Assembly: GCA_030605095.1 (NCBI GenBank)
Contig: JAUWBJ010000001.1
Span: forward strand, 10,942 to 74,941
Reading direction: 5' to 3'
Length of the DNA: 64,000 nt
Source: Candidatus Omnitrophota bacterium
GTDB lineage: Bacteria > Omnitrophota > Gorgyraeia > JABMRN01 > RBG-13-46-9
Made by a program: the position numbers and the translations under genes. Shown here one piece after another: positions 9,967 to 18,810 of this stretch; positions within the stretch are counted from its first letter, which is position 1, and every line of letters starts with the position of its first letter. The notes under the pieces were generated by a model. That model worked only from the letters and a program-made list of their open reading frames with translations. It was not told where the DNA came from and searched no databases.

Positions 9967-10298
9967 TTTACCTTTTGTGCCTTGTGCTTTTTTCTATCGG
10001 ATTATATTGTATCCTGGTAAAAAGAAACTTGATTAAGATCATTATAGGCTTAGTAATAATGGAATATGCCGTGAATCTTGCATTTATCTTGTTCGGTTAT
10101 CGGCTTGGCGGCCGGGCGCCAATACTGGCCCAGGACCAGACAATAAAGAATATGGTTGACCCTTTACCGCAGGCTTTAGTTTTAACAGCCATAGTTATCG
10201 GACTGGCAACTACTGCTTTAATAGTGGCAATCGCAGTCAGAATTTATGATAGATATAAGACTTTTGACATAACAAAGATAAGGAGACTGAAGGGTTGA
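9963..10298 (+). CDS. MrpC/MbhG-like subunit
   Basis: NLIKIIIGL, DPLPQALVLTAIVIG. Confidence 0.92.
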   Translation: MIYLLCLVLFSIGLYCILVKRNLIKIIIGLVIMEYAVNLAFILFGYRLGGRAPILAQDQTIKNMVDPLPQALVLTAIVIGLATTALIVAIAVRIYDRYKTFDITKIRRLKG

Positions 10299-11788
10299 AT
10301 ATTATTCCTCTATTTGTAGTTATACCGTTAGGCAGCGCATTTTTGATTTCTCTTTTGGGTAAGAGGATAAAAGGTTTGCCCGATTCCTTAGCCAATTTAG
10401 GAACACTTCTTATGGCAGGCCTTTCTATATATTCTATATTTTTAATCAAAGAGGTAGGTGTTCAGGTGTATAAGGTAGGCGGATGGACTCCACCAATAGG
10501 TATTTCTATGGTCTTGGATGGCTTAAGCTCTTTTATGTTAGTTACGGTTAATTTGACCGCCTTTTTGATAACGCTATTTTCCATAAGCTATATGAAAAAA
10601 TACACAGCCAAATGGAAATTTTATACGCTATTTATGCTCATGCTGGGGGGCATGAACGGCGTGATTATTACAGGAGATATGTTTAACCTCTTTGTCTTTT
10701 TAGAAATTGCTGCGATTGCGAGCTATGCCCTGGTGGCTTTTGGCATTGAGCACGAGGAGCTCGAAGCGTCATTTAAGTACATGGTAATGGGAGGGGTTGC
10801 ATCACTTTTCATTCTTCTTGGAATTGCGCTTTTATATAGCCTTACTTCAACATTAAATATGGCTGATATGGGCCGAGTTTTAACTGCCCAGGGGCCAAGC
10901 AAATTAGTTCTATTTGTATCAGTACTATTCCTGGTGGGATTTGGCCTAAAGGCGGCGATAATGCCATTTCATGCCTGGCTTCCGGATGCCCATCCTTCAG
11001 CGCCGGCGCCAATTTCAGCTATGCTTTCCGGGCTTTTGATTAAGGTGCTGGGTATCTATGCATTGATGAGAATATTTTTCAATGTGTTAGGAGCACAACC
11101 CGCAATTTTGGATATTTTATTAGTCTTAGGGACTATATCTATGGTAGCGGGAGCACTCCTGGCGATAGGGCAGGAAGATATAAAAAGGATGCTGGCATAT
11201 TCCAGCATCAGTCAGATAGGATATATAGTTTTAGCAATGGGAATATGGACACCGCTTGCTATATTGGGCGCACTTTTCCATCTATTCAATCATGCCATAT
11301 TTAAATCGCTTTTGTTTTTAAATTCCGGGGCAATAGAATATTCGACGGGAACGAGAGATTTAAGAGAGATGGGTGGATTAAATGCCCGAATGCCGCTAAC
11401 CGGAACCACAAGTTTAATCGGCTCTATGTCAATATCCGGAATACCGCCTCTAAGCGGTTTTTGGAGTAAGTTGATTATTATCTTTGCCGCTATACAAAGC
11501 GGCCATTTTGTGCTGGCATTGATAGCTATTCTGGTGAGCGTTATAACATTGGCATATTATCTGAAACTGCAAAGATACGCCTTCTTTGGAAATCTGCAAG
11601 ATAAATGGAAGCATATTTTAGAAGTGCCGTTTACTATGAAATTGTCGATGGTTATATTAGCCTTAATTTGTATAATGGCGGGTGCGCTTCTGCTTCCCGG
11701 CGTAAGAGAGATATTTCTTAAACCGGCGCAAGATGCTTTATATGCTGGAAAAGATTATGCCGCTACTGTATTTGAGAGTATAAGATGA
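10295..11788 (+). CDS. MrpD/MbhH-like antiporter subunit
   Basis: GGW.PPIGI, DMFNLFVFLEI, PFHAWLPDAHPSAP, KRMLAYSSISQIGY; TTG start. Confidence 0.92.
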   Translation: MNIIPLFVVIPLGSAFLISLLGKRIKGLPDSLANLGTLLMAGLSIYSIFLIKEVGVQVYKVGGWTPPIGISMVLDGLSSFMLVTVNLTAFLITLFSISYMKKYTAKWKFYTLFMLMLGGMNGVIITGDMFNLFVFLEIAAIASYALVAFGIEHEELEASFKYMVMGGVASLFILLGIALLYSLTSTLNMADMGRVLTAQGPSKLVLFVSVLFLVGFGLKAAIMPFHAWLPDAHPSAPAPISAMLSGLLIKVLGIYALMRIFFNVLGAQPAILDILLVLGTISMVAGALLAIGQEDIKRMLAYSSISQIGYIVLAMGIWTPLAILGALFHLFNHAIFKSLLFLNSGAIEYSTGTRDLREMGGLNARMPLTGTTSLIGSMSISGIPPLSGFWSKLIIIFAAIQSGHFVLALIAILVSVITLAYYLKLQRYAFFGNLQDKWKHILEVPFTMKLSMVILALICIMAGALLLPGVREIFLKPAQDALYAGKDYAATVFESIR

Positions 11789-12279
11789 AAAGCAAAATTG
11801 TTTTATTTATCGTGGGTCTTTTAGTGTGGCTCCTTTTGAGCTGGCCGGCTGATACTCAACATCTTTTAGTGGGAATTGTAATAGCCGGCTTCGTAGCTTT
11901 TATGACCGGGGATATGTTTGTCCAGAGGCCCCACCTATTTACACAGATTAGAAGATACTTATGGCTTTTGTATTATCTGCCAATATTTTTGTGGGAATGC
12001 ATTAAGGCAAATTTAGATGTTGCCTATAGGGTAATTCATCCAGCTATGCCGATAAATCCAGGCATTGTGAAGGTAAAAACGACTTTGAAATCTGAGACTG
12101 GGCTAACTTTCCTGGCTAATTCTATTACTTTAACGCCGGGGACACTAACCGTGGATATAGACCAGGAAAGAGGATTTCTTTACGTCCACTGGATAGATGT
12201 AAAGGATAAGGATGTGGAGAAAGCGACAGAGATAGTGGTGGAACGCTTTGAGAGGATTTTAAAAAGGATTTTTGAATAG
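11785..12279 (+). CDS. MrpE/MbhA-like subunit
   Basis: PGIVKVKT, LANSITLTPGT, LYVHWI. Confidence 0.92.
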   Translation: MKSKIVLFIVGLLVWLLLSWPADTQHLLVGIVIAGFVAFMTGDMFVQRPHLFTQIRRYLWLLYYLPIFLWECIKANLDVAYRVIHPAMPINPGIVKVKTTLKSETGLTFLANSITLTPGTLTVDIDQERGFLYVHWIDVKDKDVEKATEIVVERFERILKRIFE

Positions 12280-12280
12280 A

Positions 12281-12316
12281 CGCCGTTGCGAGGAGCGACA
12301 GCGACGAAGCAATCTC
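12281..12316. repeat. REP-like palindromic element half
   Basis: CGTTGCGAGGAGCGACAGCGACGAAGCAATCTC resembles the widespread TTGCGAG...GAAGCAATC intergenic repeat family. Confidence 0.6.
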
Positions 12317-12330
12317 AAAAGGTGTAAGGT

Positions 12331-12699
12331 ATGAAAATATTTAGGTGGTTAATAGGCGTATTTGTTATATTAGGCATTTTGGCTGTGATTATATTTTATC
12401 CTCTAAAGATTCTTTTTTATCCCGACCTTCCTTTTATACCGCTATTTACACGTTGTCTTTTTATACTTTTGCTATCCTGCTTTCTCTGCCTTTACCGCAT
12501 ATTGAGAGGGCCAACGGCACCGGACAGAATTGTCGCCATTGATATATTGGGAATATTGATTGTCGGTTTCTGCGCACTTTTGTGTATTCCCACAGGCCGA
12601 AGCTGGTATATAGATATAGGAATAGCCTGGGCGCTACAGAGTTTTATCGGAACACTGGCATTAGCGAAATATTTAGAAGGAAAGGATTTTGATGAATGA
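12331..12699 (+). CDS. MrpF/MbhB-like subunit with an extra N-terminal helix
   Basis: RILRGPTAPDRIVAID, FIGTLALAKYL. Confidence 0.88.
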   Translation: MKIFRWLIGVFVILGILAVIIFYPLKILFYPDLPFIPLFTRCLFILLLSCFLCLYRILRGPTAPDRIVAIDILGILIVGFCALLCIPTGRSWYIDIGIAWALQSFIGTLALAKYLEGKDFDE

Positions 12700-13027
12700 T
12701 ATCTTAGGGATAATTTTTATTGGCGTAGGACTGGCCTTTGATTTCTTTGGATGTCTGGGCTTGTTGAGATTACCCGATGTATATAATCGTCTTCAGGCCT
12801 CTACAAAATGCGTGACTTTAGGAACGTGTAGCATATTGTTTGGTGTATTTTTAATGTTGGGACCTACTGCCGCAGGCATAAAGTCACTCTTATGTATTAT
12901 ATTTTTGATACTTACCACTCCAGTTTCCGCACACGCAATTGCGAGGGGTGCACACAGATCCGGGGTAAAACTCTGGGAAGGAAGCATTGTTGATAGGTAT
13001 AAGGAAGATAAAGAGGGAGAGGCGTAA
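12692..13027 (+). CDS. MrpG/MbhC-like subunit
   Basis: GLLRLPDVYNRLQASTK, TPVSAHAIARGA. Confidence 0.92.
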   Translation: MNDILGIIFIGVGLAFDFFGCLGLLRLPDVYNRLQASTKCVTLGTCSILFGVFLMLGPTAAGIKSLLCIIFLILTTPVSAHAIARGAHRSGVKLWEGSIVDRYKEDKEGEA

Positions 13028-13028
13028 T

Positions 13029-13052
13029 AGCTATAAGCTTTAAGCTATAAGC
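13029..13052 (+). repeat. Intergenic heptamer tandem repeat
   Basis: AGCTATA AGCTTTA AGCTATA AGC. Confidence 0.6.
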
Positions 13053-13062
13053 AGGAATAGAT

Positions 13063-13677
13063 ATGAAACTACCCAAGATTAGAGAACTTATAGAGGCGAT
13101 AAAAGCAGTGATAAAAGGGCCTTACACGTCTAAATTTCCTAAGGTGCCGCATGAACCACATCCGAATTTCAGGGGCAGGCCCAAGTTTAATCAGGAGAAA
13201 TGTGTAGGGTGCCTTGCGTGCGAAGAGGTTTGTCCGGTAGATGCTATTGCGCATAAAGATATAATCGATGACAAGGAAAAGCCGAAAAGGACAATGATTC
13301 ATTATTCAGATACGTGCATATTCTGCGGCCAATGTGAAGCAGCGTGCATTGCCGAACATGAAGGGATTAAACAATCTAACGAGTGGGAACTCTCGTTTTT
13401 TGATAGAAAACGAGAAGGCCAGGAAACGATTGATAAGGAACTGCAACTTTGCGAGATATGCGCCTCGCCGATTGCATGTAAAGACCACTTAAAATGGATT
13501 TCTGAAAAGATAGGTGAATTAACATATTCGAGCCCTACCTTATACCTATCCCGCCTTAAAAGCCTTGGTATTATAGATGAAAATATCATATCTGCAATGA
13601 AAGATAAGGGCCGCTCCGACAGGGTAAAAATTCTATGTGCCCGTTGCAGGAGAGAAACAACCCTAACCACTAAATAA
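13063..13677 (+). CDS. 2x[4Fe-4S] subunit (NuoI/MbhN/HycF-like)
   Basis: PYTSKFP, FRGRP, CVGCLACEEVCP, CIFCGQCEAAC, extra CEIC...CARC. Confidence 0.88.
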   Translation: MKLPKIRELIEAIKAVIKGPYTSKFPKVPHEPHPNFRGRPKFNQEKCVGCLACEEVCPVDAIAHKDIIDDKEKPKRTMIHYSDTCIFCGQCEAACIAEHEGIKQSNEWELSFFDRKREGQETIDKELQLCEICASPIACKDHLKWISEKIGELTYSSPTLYLSRLKSLGIIDENIISAMKDKGRSDRVKILCARCRRETTLTTK

Positions 13678-13682
13678 AACTA

Positions 13683-13841
13683 AAGGGGACGTTTCACTTT
13701 GCTATAATTATTTACAAACAAAGAAGTTGTAACATGCCATTTTCCAAAATCAAAAGGATAAAGGATATACTTAAAAGTGGAAAATGAGCGTTTATATCGT
13801 ATTGCAATATAAGGAGTTATGACAAAGTGAAACGTCCCCTT
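13683..13841. mobile_element. 159-bp MITE/REPIN-like element with 19-bp perfect terminal inverted repeats
   Basis: AAGGGGACGTTTCACTTTG (13683-13701) is the exact reverse complement of CAAAGTGAAACGTCCCCTT (13823-13841); AT-rich interior. Confidence 0.75.
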
Positions 13842-14294
13842 ATTTTCCAAGAGATATTGAGAGGTAGAGTTGTTATCGTCGGCATAGGTAATATAATAAA
13901 AGGTGATGATGGGTTTGGGCCGGCGCTCATTAAGAGATTGAATGGAAAAATAAAAGCGGTTTGCATCGATGCAGGCAGCGCGCCGGAGAACTACACGGGC
14001 GTTATTACAAAACAGAATCCAGATACGATATTGCTTGTTGATGCCGTACATTTGGATTTGCCAGGTGGCCGATACGAAATTTTAAAGCCAAAAGATATAT
14101 TAAAAAGCGGTTTTACCACCCATGATATTTCACCCAGGATGTTCATCGAATATCTTGAGAGCCAGACCAGGGCAAGAATTTTTCTACTGGGAGTCCAACC
14201 GCAAAATATCTCTTTAGGAGATGAGATGTCCGATAGCGTTAAAATGGCGCTTGCTGAGATAGAAAGCTTGATAAAGGAGACAATCAATGCATGA
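13827..14294 (+). CDS. hycI: Hydrogenase maturation endopeptidase (HycI-like)
   Basis: VGIGN..KGDDGFG, APEN, LLVDA, TTHD, LGVQP. Confidence 0.88.
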   Translation: MKRPLIFQEILRGRVVIVGIGNIIKGDDGFGPALIKRLNGKIKAVCIDAGSAPENYTGVITKQNPDTILLVDAVHLDLPGGRYEILKPKDILKSGFTTHDISPRMFIEYLESQTRARIFLLGVQPQNISLGDEMSDSVKMALAEIESLIKETINA

Positions 14295-14529
14295 GACACA
14301 TCTAATACAACCGATAATAGAAGGCATATCCCAACACGCTAAAAAAGAAGGCGCAAAAGCCGTGTCAAAAGTAAGGCTTAAAATCGGTGAGTTTACAGGC
14401 GTTAAAGAGGATTCGTTCAAAGAGACTTTTTCTTCTCTGGCGAAGGGGACAATGCTTGAGGGTAGTGAACTTGAATTAACGTTTTTCCCGGGTTCCAGAG
14501 TCGAAGTTATATCCTTTGACATAAAATGA
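14287..14529 (+). CDS. hypA: Short HypA nickel metallochaperone lacking the Zn finger
   Basis: MHE N-terminus, V.L.IGE, T..EG.EL; 80 aa with no Cys. Confidence 0.8.
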   Translation: MHETHLIQPIIEGISQHAKKEGAKAVSKVRLKIGEFTGVKEDSFKETFSSLAKGTMLEGSELELTFFPGSRVEVISFDIK

Positions 14530-15572
14530 AAACAATTCTTGCAATAGGCGCTGATATAAAAAATAGATTTCTTCTCGCAAAGGGAAAGAATTTGCATTTT
14601 GGCCCTGATATAGGCGACTTAAGCGATGCTTCCAATTATGAACTTTTCAAGAAGGAAATACAGAGAGCCACAAAAAATATTAAGCCAGATATTGTTACAT
14701 GCGATTTACATCCCGGTTATTTTTCCACGAAATTCGTTAAAGAACATAGCCAAAAGCCCGTCCAGCATCACCACGCCCACATAGCCAGCGTGCTCGAGGA
14801 GCATAATTTAAAAAAACCTGTAATTGGGGTAGCTTTCGACGGCACAGGCCTTGGCACGGATGGGAATATATGGGGCGGCGAGTTTCTTATGGTTGAAAAA
14901 AAAGGATTTAAGCGCCTTGCCCATTTCAAATATATAAAGATGCCGGGCGGCGACAAGGTTGTCAGCGAGCCGTGGAGAATGGTTTTAAGCATACTGGGCG
15001 AGAGAGGGGCCCCTTTCATAAAAAGCGTTAAAAGAGAAGATAAGGAATTAATTCTTTCTATGTGCGCAAAAAATATAAATTCACCACTAACATCAAGCAC
15101 CGGCAGGTTATTCGATGCGGCAGCAGCACTTCTTGGCATATGTGAGCGTGCTTCGCGTGAAGCAGAAGGGCCTATAAAACTTGAGGCAATGTGTAAAGAT
15201 GGAGTAGGGGAAAGTTACGAATTTGGAATATCAAAAGATGATGGTCAATACATAATTGATATGGAACCTTTGTTTTTGAATATGGTTAAGGACTTAAAGA
15301 GAGGAAAAGATAAACGAGTTATCGCGACGAAATTCCATAATTCCATGGTTTTGATTATTCTCAAAACCGTTAAAAGGTTATCAAAGGATACGGGTATTAA
15401 GGATATCGCGCTCTCGGGGGGCGTATTTCAAAATAGATTCTTAAGGACAAAAGCGATAAAGACGTTATTATCTTCGAAATTTAATGTTTTTATTAATGAT
15501 AAAACACCTGTAAACGATTTTAATATATCGTTAGGACAATTCCATGTGTCTTGCTGTACCGGCAAAAATTAA
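14526..15572 (+). CDS. hypF: HypF, C-terminal carbamoyltransferase (Kae1-like) half only
   Basis: CDLHP.Y.ST, QHHHAH, DGTGLG.DG..WGGE, SSTGRLFDA, LSGGVFQN; N-terminal domains absent. Confidence 0.85.
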   Translation: MKTILAIGADIKNRFLLAKGKNLHFGPDIGDLSDASNYELFKKEIQRATKNIKPDIVTCDLHPGYFSTKFVKEHSQKPVQHHHAHIASVLEEHNLKKPVIGVAFDGTGLGTDGNIWGGEFLMVEKKGFKRLAHFKYIKMPGGDKVVSEPWRMVLSILGERGAPFIKSVKREDKELILSMCAKNINSPLTSSTGRLFDAAAALLGICERASREAEGPIKLEAMCKDGVGESYEFGISKDDGQYIIDMEPLFLNMVKDLKRGKDKRVIATKFHNSMVLIILKTVKRLSKDTGIKDIALSGGVFQNRFLRTKAIKTLLSSKFNVFINDKTPVNDFNISLGQFHVSCCTGKN

Positions 15573-15777
15573 AAGTATAGATAAGAAAGAGGCTCTGGTC
15601 GATTTTGGTGGAGTCCAGAAGAAGATTTCTCTCGGAATTTTGGATGGTGTAAAAATCGGAGATTATGTCCTTGTCCATGCCGGTTTCGCGATAGGAAAAG
15701 TAAAGAAGGCTGAGGCAGAGGATACATTAAAAGCTTTAGATGAACTTAAAGAAGTTTCTAAATATGAAAGCGCCTAA
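15544..15777 (+). CDS. hypC: HypC chaperone
   Basis: MCLAVP, GDYVLVHAGFA. Confidence 0.95.
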   Translation: MCLAVPAKIKSIDKKEALVDFGGVQKKISLGILDGVKIGDYVLVHAGFAIGKVKKAEAEDTLKALDELKEVSKYESA

Positions 15778-16789
15778 AATAAAATTGATGGAAGTATGCG
15801 GGACGCATACGATGGCAATTGCGAGAGCAGGGATAAAGAAGCTTTTGCCGGATACTGTAGAGCTTACTGTAGAGCTTGTGTCGGGTCCCGGGTGCCCTGT
15901 CTGCGTTTGTAGCCAGAGCGATATTGATAGAGCAGTAGAGGTGTCTCGTATAAAAGATGTGATAATGACTACATTTGGCGATATGATGCGTGTACCGGGG
16001 AGGCGGGGGAGCCTGGAAGATATGAAAAGAAAAGGTTCTGATGTTCGAGTGGTATATTCCTCGCTTGATGCGCTAAATATAGCCAAGGGTAACCCTCAGA
16101 AGAAAGTAGTATTTATGGGTATTGGCTTTGAGACCACATCCCCGACTATAGCTGCAACAATATTGGAAGCAAAGAAACAAAAAATACGAAACTTTTTTGT
16201 ATTATCGAATTTTAAACTTATCTTTCCGGCCCTTGAGGCCCTTGCCGGCTCGAAAAAAAATAAAATAGACGGGTTTATATGCCCGGGCCACGTAAGCGTT
16301 ATTACAGGAAGCATACCATATGAGAAGGTAGCGAAGCGCTACAAGAAGCCGTCCGTTATAACAGGGTTTGAGACCATTGATATCTTAAAAGGAATCGAAC
16401 GGCTGATCAATCAGATAAAAAATCGTGAATATAAGGTAGAAATTGCATATAAAAGGGCTGTTAAGAAAGAAGGTAATCCAACCGCGCGCAAGATTTTGGG
16501 TTCAGTTTTTGAAGCCAGCGATTCAGAGTGGAGGGGGCTCGGAATAATTAAAAAAAGTGGACTGAAATTAAGAAAAAAGTATAGAGATTTCGGTGCAGAG
16601 ACAAGGTTCAAAGTTAAGATTCCAAAAACTCGCAAAATGCGAGGTTGTGCTTGCGGTGAAGTGATACAGGGTATAAAATCTCCCCGGGATTGCAAATTGT
16701 TTAAGAAGACATGCACACCACAAAATCCGGTTGGGCCATGCATGGTATCGTCGGAAGGAAGTTGCGCAGCATACTATAAATATGGATAA
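15764..16789 (+). CDS. hypD: HypD
   Basis: MEVCGTHT, GPGCPVC, GFETT, PGHVS, GPCMVSSEGSCAA. Confidence 0.95.
   Translation: MKAPKIKLMEVCGTHTMAIARAGIKKLLPDTVELTVELVSGPGCPVCVCSQSDIDRAVEVSRIKDVIMTTFGDMMRVPGRRGSLEDMKRKGSDVRVVYSSLDALNIAKGNPQKKVVFMGIGFETTSPTIAATILEAKKQKIRNFFVLSNFKLIFPALEALAGSKKNKIDGFICPGHVSVITGSIPYEKVAKRYKKPSVITGFETIDILKGIERLINQIKNREYKVEIAYKRAVKKEGNPTARKILGSVFEASDSEWRGLGIIKKSGLKLRKKYRDFGAETRFKVKIPKTRKMRGCACGEVIQGIKSPRDCKLFKKTCTPQNPVGPCMVSSEGSCAAYYKYG
15853..15877 (+). repeat. 12-bp in-frame tandem duplication in hypD
   Basis: TACTGTAGAGCT twice, giving TVELTVEL. Confidence 0.85.
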
Positions 16790-17771
16790 TAAAATAACAC
16801 TCGCACACGGTAATGGCGGAAGATTAATGCACGAGCTTATTGAGAAGCTCTGCCTTAAGTTTTCGAATAAGATATTGAATGAGATGGCAGACGCGGCAGA
16901 ACTAAATGTCCCCGGAAATAAATTAGCCTTCAGTACAGATTCTTATGTCGTAAAGCCGCTCTTTTTCCCTGGTGGGGATATAGGTAAGCTCGCCGTTTGC
17001 GGCACAGTAAATGATATCTTAATGAAAGGCGCAAAACCGCTTTTTATATCACTTGCTTTTATTATTGAAGAAGGATTAGAATTATCGACTTTAGATAAGA
17101 TAACCCAATCTATAAAAAAAGCCTCGGATAAAGCAAAGATTCAAGTTGTTACGGGAGATATAAAAGTCGTTGAAAAAGGTTCAGCGGATAAGATATTTAT
17201 AAATACTTCAGGCATAGGTGTTATTGCCCATCGAGGAAGACATATTGGCGCAAAAGCTAAAACAGGTGATGCAATCATAATAAACGGCACAATTGCCGAG
17301 CATGGAATAGCTGTATTAAACGCAAGAGAAAAACTTGGATTTGTATCTAGCATAAAAAGCGATTGCCGCAATCTTAACTTTGAAGTCGGGCGATGTCTTG
17401 CTGCATCAAAGAATATTAGCGTAATGCGCGACCCGACGAGGGGAGGGCTTGCGATGGCCTTGAACGAAATAGCCCTTTCTTCAAATCTTGGCATAGAAAT
17501 TAATGAGGAAAGTATTCCAATAAAACAAAGCGTGAAGAAGATGTGCGACATATTGGGGTTTGACCCGCTATATATTGCCAATGAGGGAAAGTTCATCTCT
17601 TTCGTGGACAAAAAAGACGCCTCAAAAGTAAAAAAAGCTATGGGCAAAAATGCTCGTATTATAGGAAAGGTTGTATCTAATCACAAAAAAGAAGTCCAAC
17701 TAAAGACCGAAATCGGCTCAAGCCGAATCCTCGCAATGCTCGAATCCGACCAACTACCTCGCATTTGCTGA
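16782..17771 (+). CDS. hypE: HypE
   Basis: ITLAHG.GG, FSTDSYVVKPLFFPGGDIG, RDPTRGG, C-terminal LPRIC. Confidence 0.95.
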   Translation: MDNKITLAHGNGGRLMHELIEKLCLKFSNKILNEMADAAELNVPGNKLAFSTDSYVVKPLFFPGGDIGKLAVCGTVNDILMKGAKPLFISLAFIIEEGLELSTLDKITQSIKKASDKAKIQVVTGDIKVVEKGSADKIFINTSGIGVIAHRGRHIGAKAKTGDAIIINGTIAEHGIAVLNAREKLGFVSSIKSDCRNLNFEVGRCLAASKNISVMRDPTRGGLAMALNEIALSSNLGIEINEESIPIKQSVKKMCDILGFDPLYIANEGKFISFVDKKDASKVKKAMGKNARIIGKVVSNHKKEVQLKTEIGSSRILAMLESDQLPRIC

Positions 17772-17786
17772 TTTTTATAAAAACCC

Positions 17787-17840
17787 TTGACAAAACCTCC
17801 AAAATAGTGTATAGTTGATAATGGAAACCGTTTTCAATAA
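17787..17840 (+). promoter_or_regulatory. Sigma70 promoter with Fur-family operator
   Basis: TTGACA(17787-17792)-N17-TATAGT(17810-17815); 7-1-7 palindrome TGGAAAC-C-GTTTTCA at 17822-17836. Confidence 0.7.
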
Positions 17841-17853
17841 GGAGCTGACAAAG

Positions 17854-18330
17854 ATGCCAAGAGGACATGGAAGAGGATTTGGAATGGGGCCAGGGTGGTG
17901 GCACGGAAGGTTTAGAGGGTGCGGATACAGAATAACCATACCGCGTCAGGAGATACTCAAGGTTTTAAACCAAACAGAAGAACACCTGAGCGCTGAAGAA
18001 ATATATCTTAGAGTACATAAGGTTTATCCGTCAGTAGGGCTTACGACGGTTTATCGGACACTTGAGGTTTTAGCTGATATGGGACTTGTGTTTAGACTCG
18101 AGTTCGGCGACGGAAAAGCGAGGTACGAATTAGTCGAAGGGCCCAAAGGAAAGCTGCACCACCACCATTTAGTTTGCACTGATTGCGGAAGGGTAATCGA
18201 TTATACAGATTTTATTAGCGAGGAGAAGGAATTACTTGATAAGACAGAAAAGGCACTTTCAAGCAGGCATAATTTTAAGATTTTAAATCACCAGATTCAT
18301 TTTTACGGTTTGTGCAATAAGTGCAAATAA
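17854..18330 (+). CDS. Fur-family transcriptional regulator
   Basis: RIT..RQ.IL, H.SAEEIY, TVYRTL, HHHHLVCTDCG, FYGLCNKC; RBS GGAG at 17841. Confidence 0.92.
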   Translation: MPRGHGRGFGMGPGWWHGRFRGCGYRITIPRQEILKVLNQTEEHLSAEEIYLRVHKVYPSVGLTTVYRTLEVLADMGLVFRLEFGDGKARYELVEGPKGKLHHHHLVCTDCGRVIDYTDFISEEKELLDKTEKALSSRHNFKILNHQIHFYGLCNKCK

Positions 18331-18348
18331 TTTTTTTTTCTTAATTAA

Positions 18349-18363
18349 TGAAAATGATTTTCA
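18349..18363. promoter_or_regulatory. Second Fur-family operator
   Basis: Perfect 7-1-7 palindrome TGAAAAT-G-ATTTTCA with the same TAA/ATAA flanks as the 17822 site. Confidence 0.7.
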
Positions 18364-18391
18364 ATAACAATTATAAGAGGAGGTGATTAAC

Positions 18392-18793
18392 ATGCCAGGA
18401 GGAAACGGAACAGGACCAGTTGGATTAGGTCCAATGACAGGAGGTGCTCGCGGTTATTGCGCAGGTTACCCTGTGCCGGGCTACATGAACCCCATTCCCG
18501 GAAGAAGAGGAGGTTGGTCTGGTCGTGGCTGGGGCCGAGGTCGTGGTTGGGGCCGTGGCAGAGGCAGAGGTTTCGGCTGGGGAGGAGCCGCTTATCCTTA
18601 TGCTTATGGAGACCCATATTATGCGTCCCCATATGCATACCCATATGGAGGATATCCATATGGCGCTGAGGTAAATCCTCAGGAAGAAGCACAAATGCTT
18701 AAGGAGCAAGCCAAGGCCATGCAGGACGATATTAAGTCCATAAACGACCGCATAAAAGAGCTGGAATCTGCTGCAAAGGCCGAGAAAAAATAA
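18392..18793 (+). CDS. DUF5320-family Gly/Arg-rich protein
   Basis: MPGGNGTGP.G.GPMTG...GYCAG, RG repeats, C-terminal coiled coil; RBS GAGGAGG. Confidence 0.8.
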   Translation: MPGGNGTGPVGLGPMTGGARGYCAGYPVPGYMNPIPGRRGGWSGRGWGRGRGWGRGRGRGFGWGGAAYPYAYGDPYYASPYAYPYGGYPYGAEVNPQEEAQMLKEQAKAMQDDIKSINDRIKELESAAKAEKK

Positions 18794-18810
18794 CTAAGCA
18801 GGGAGGAAAT

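Noticed and set aside
3717-13677. Complex I (nuo) or Mbx/Mbs assignment
   Set aside because: The large subunit keeps both Ni-binding CxxC motifs and is followed by hycI and hyp genes.
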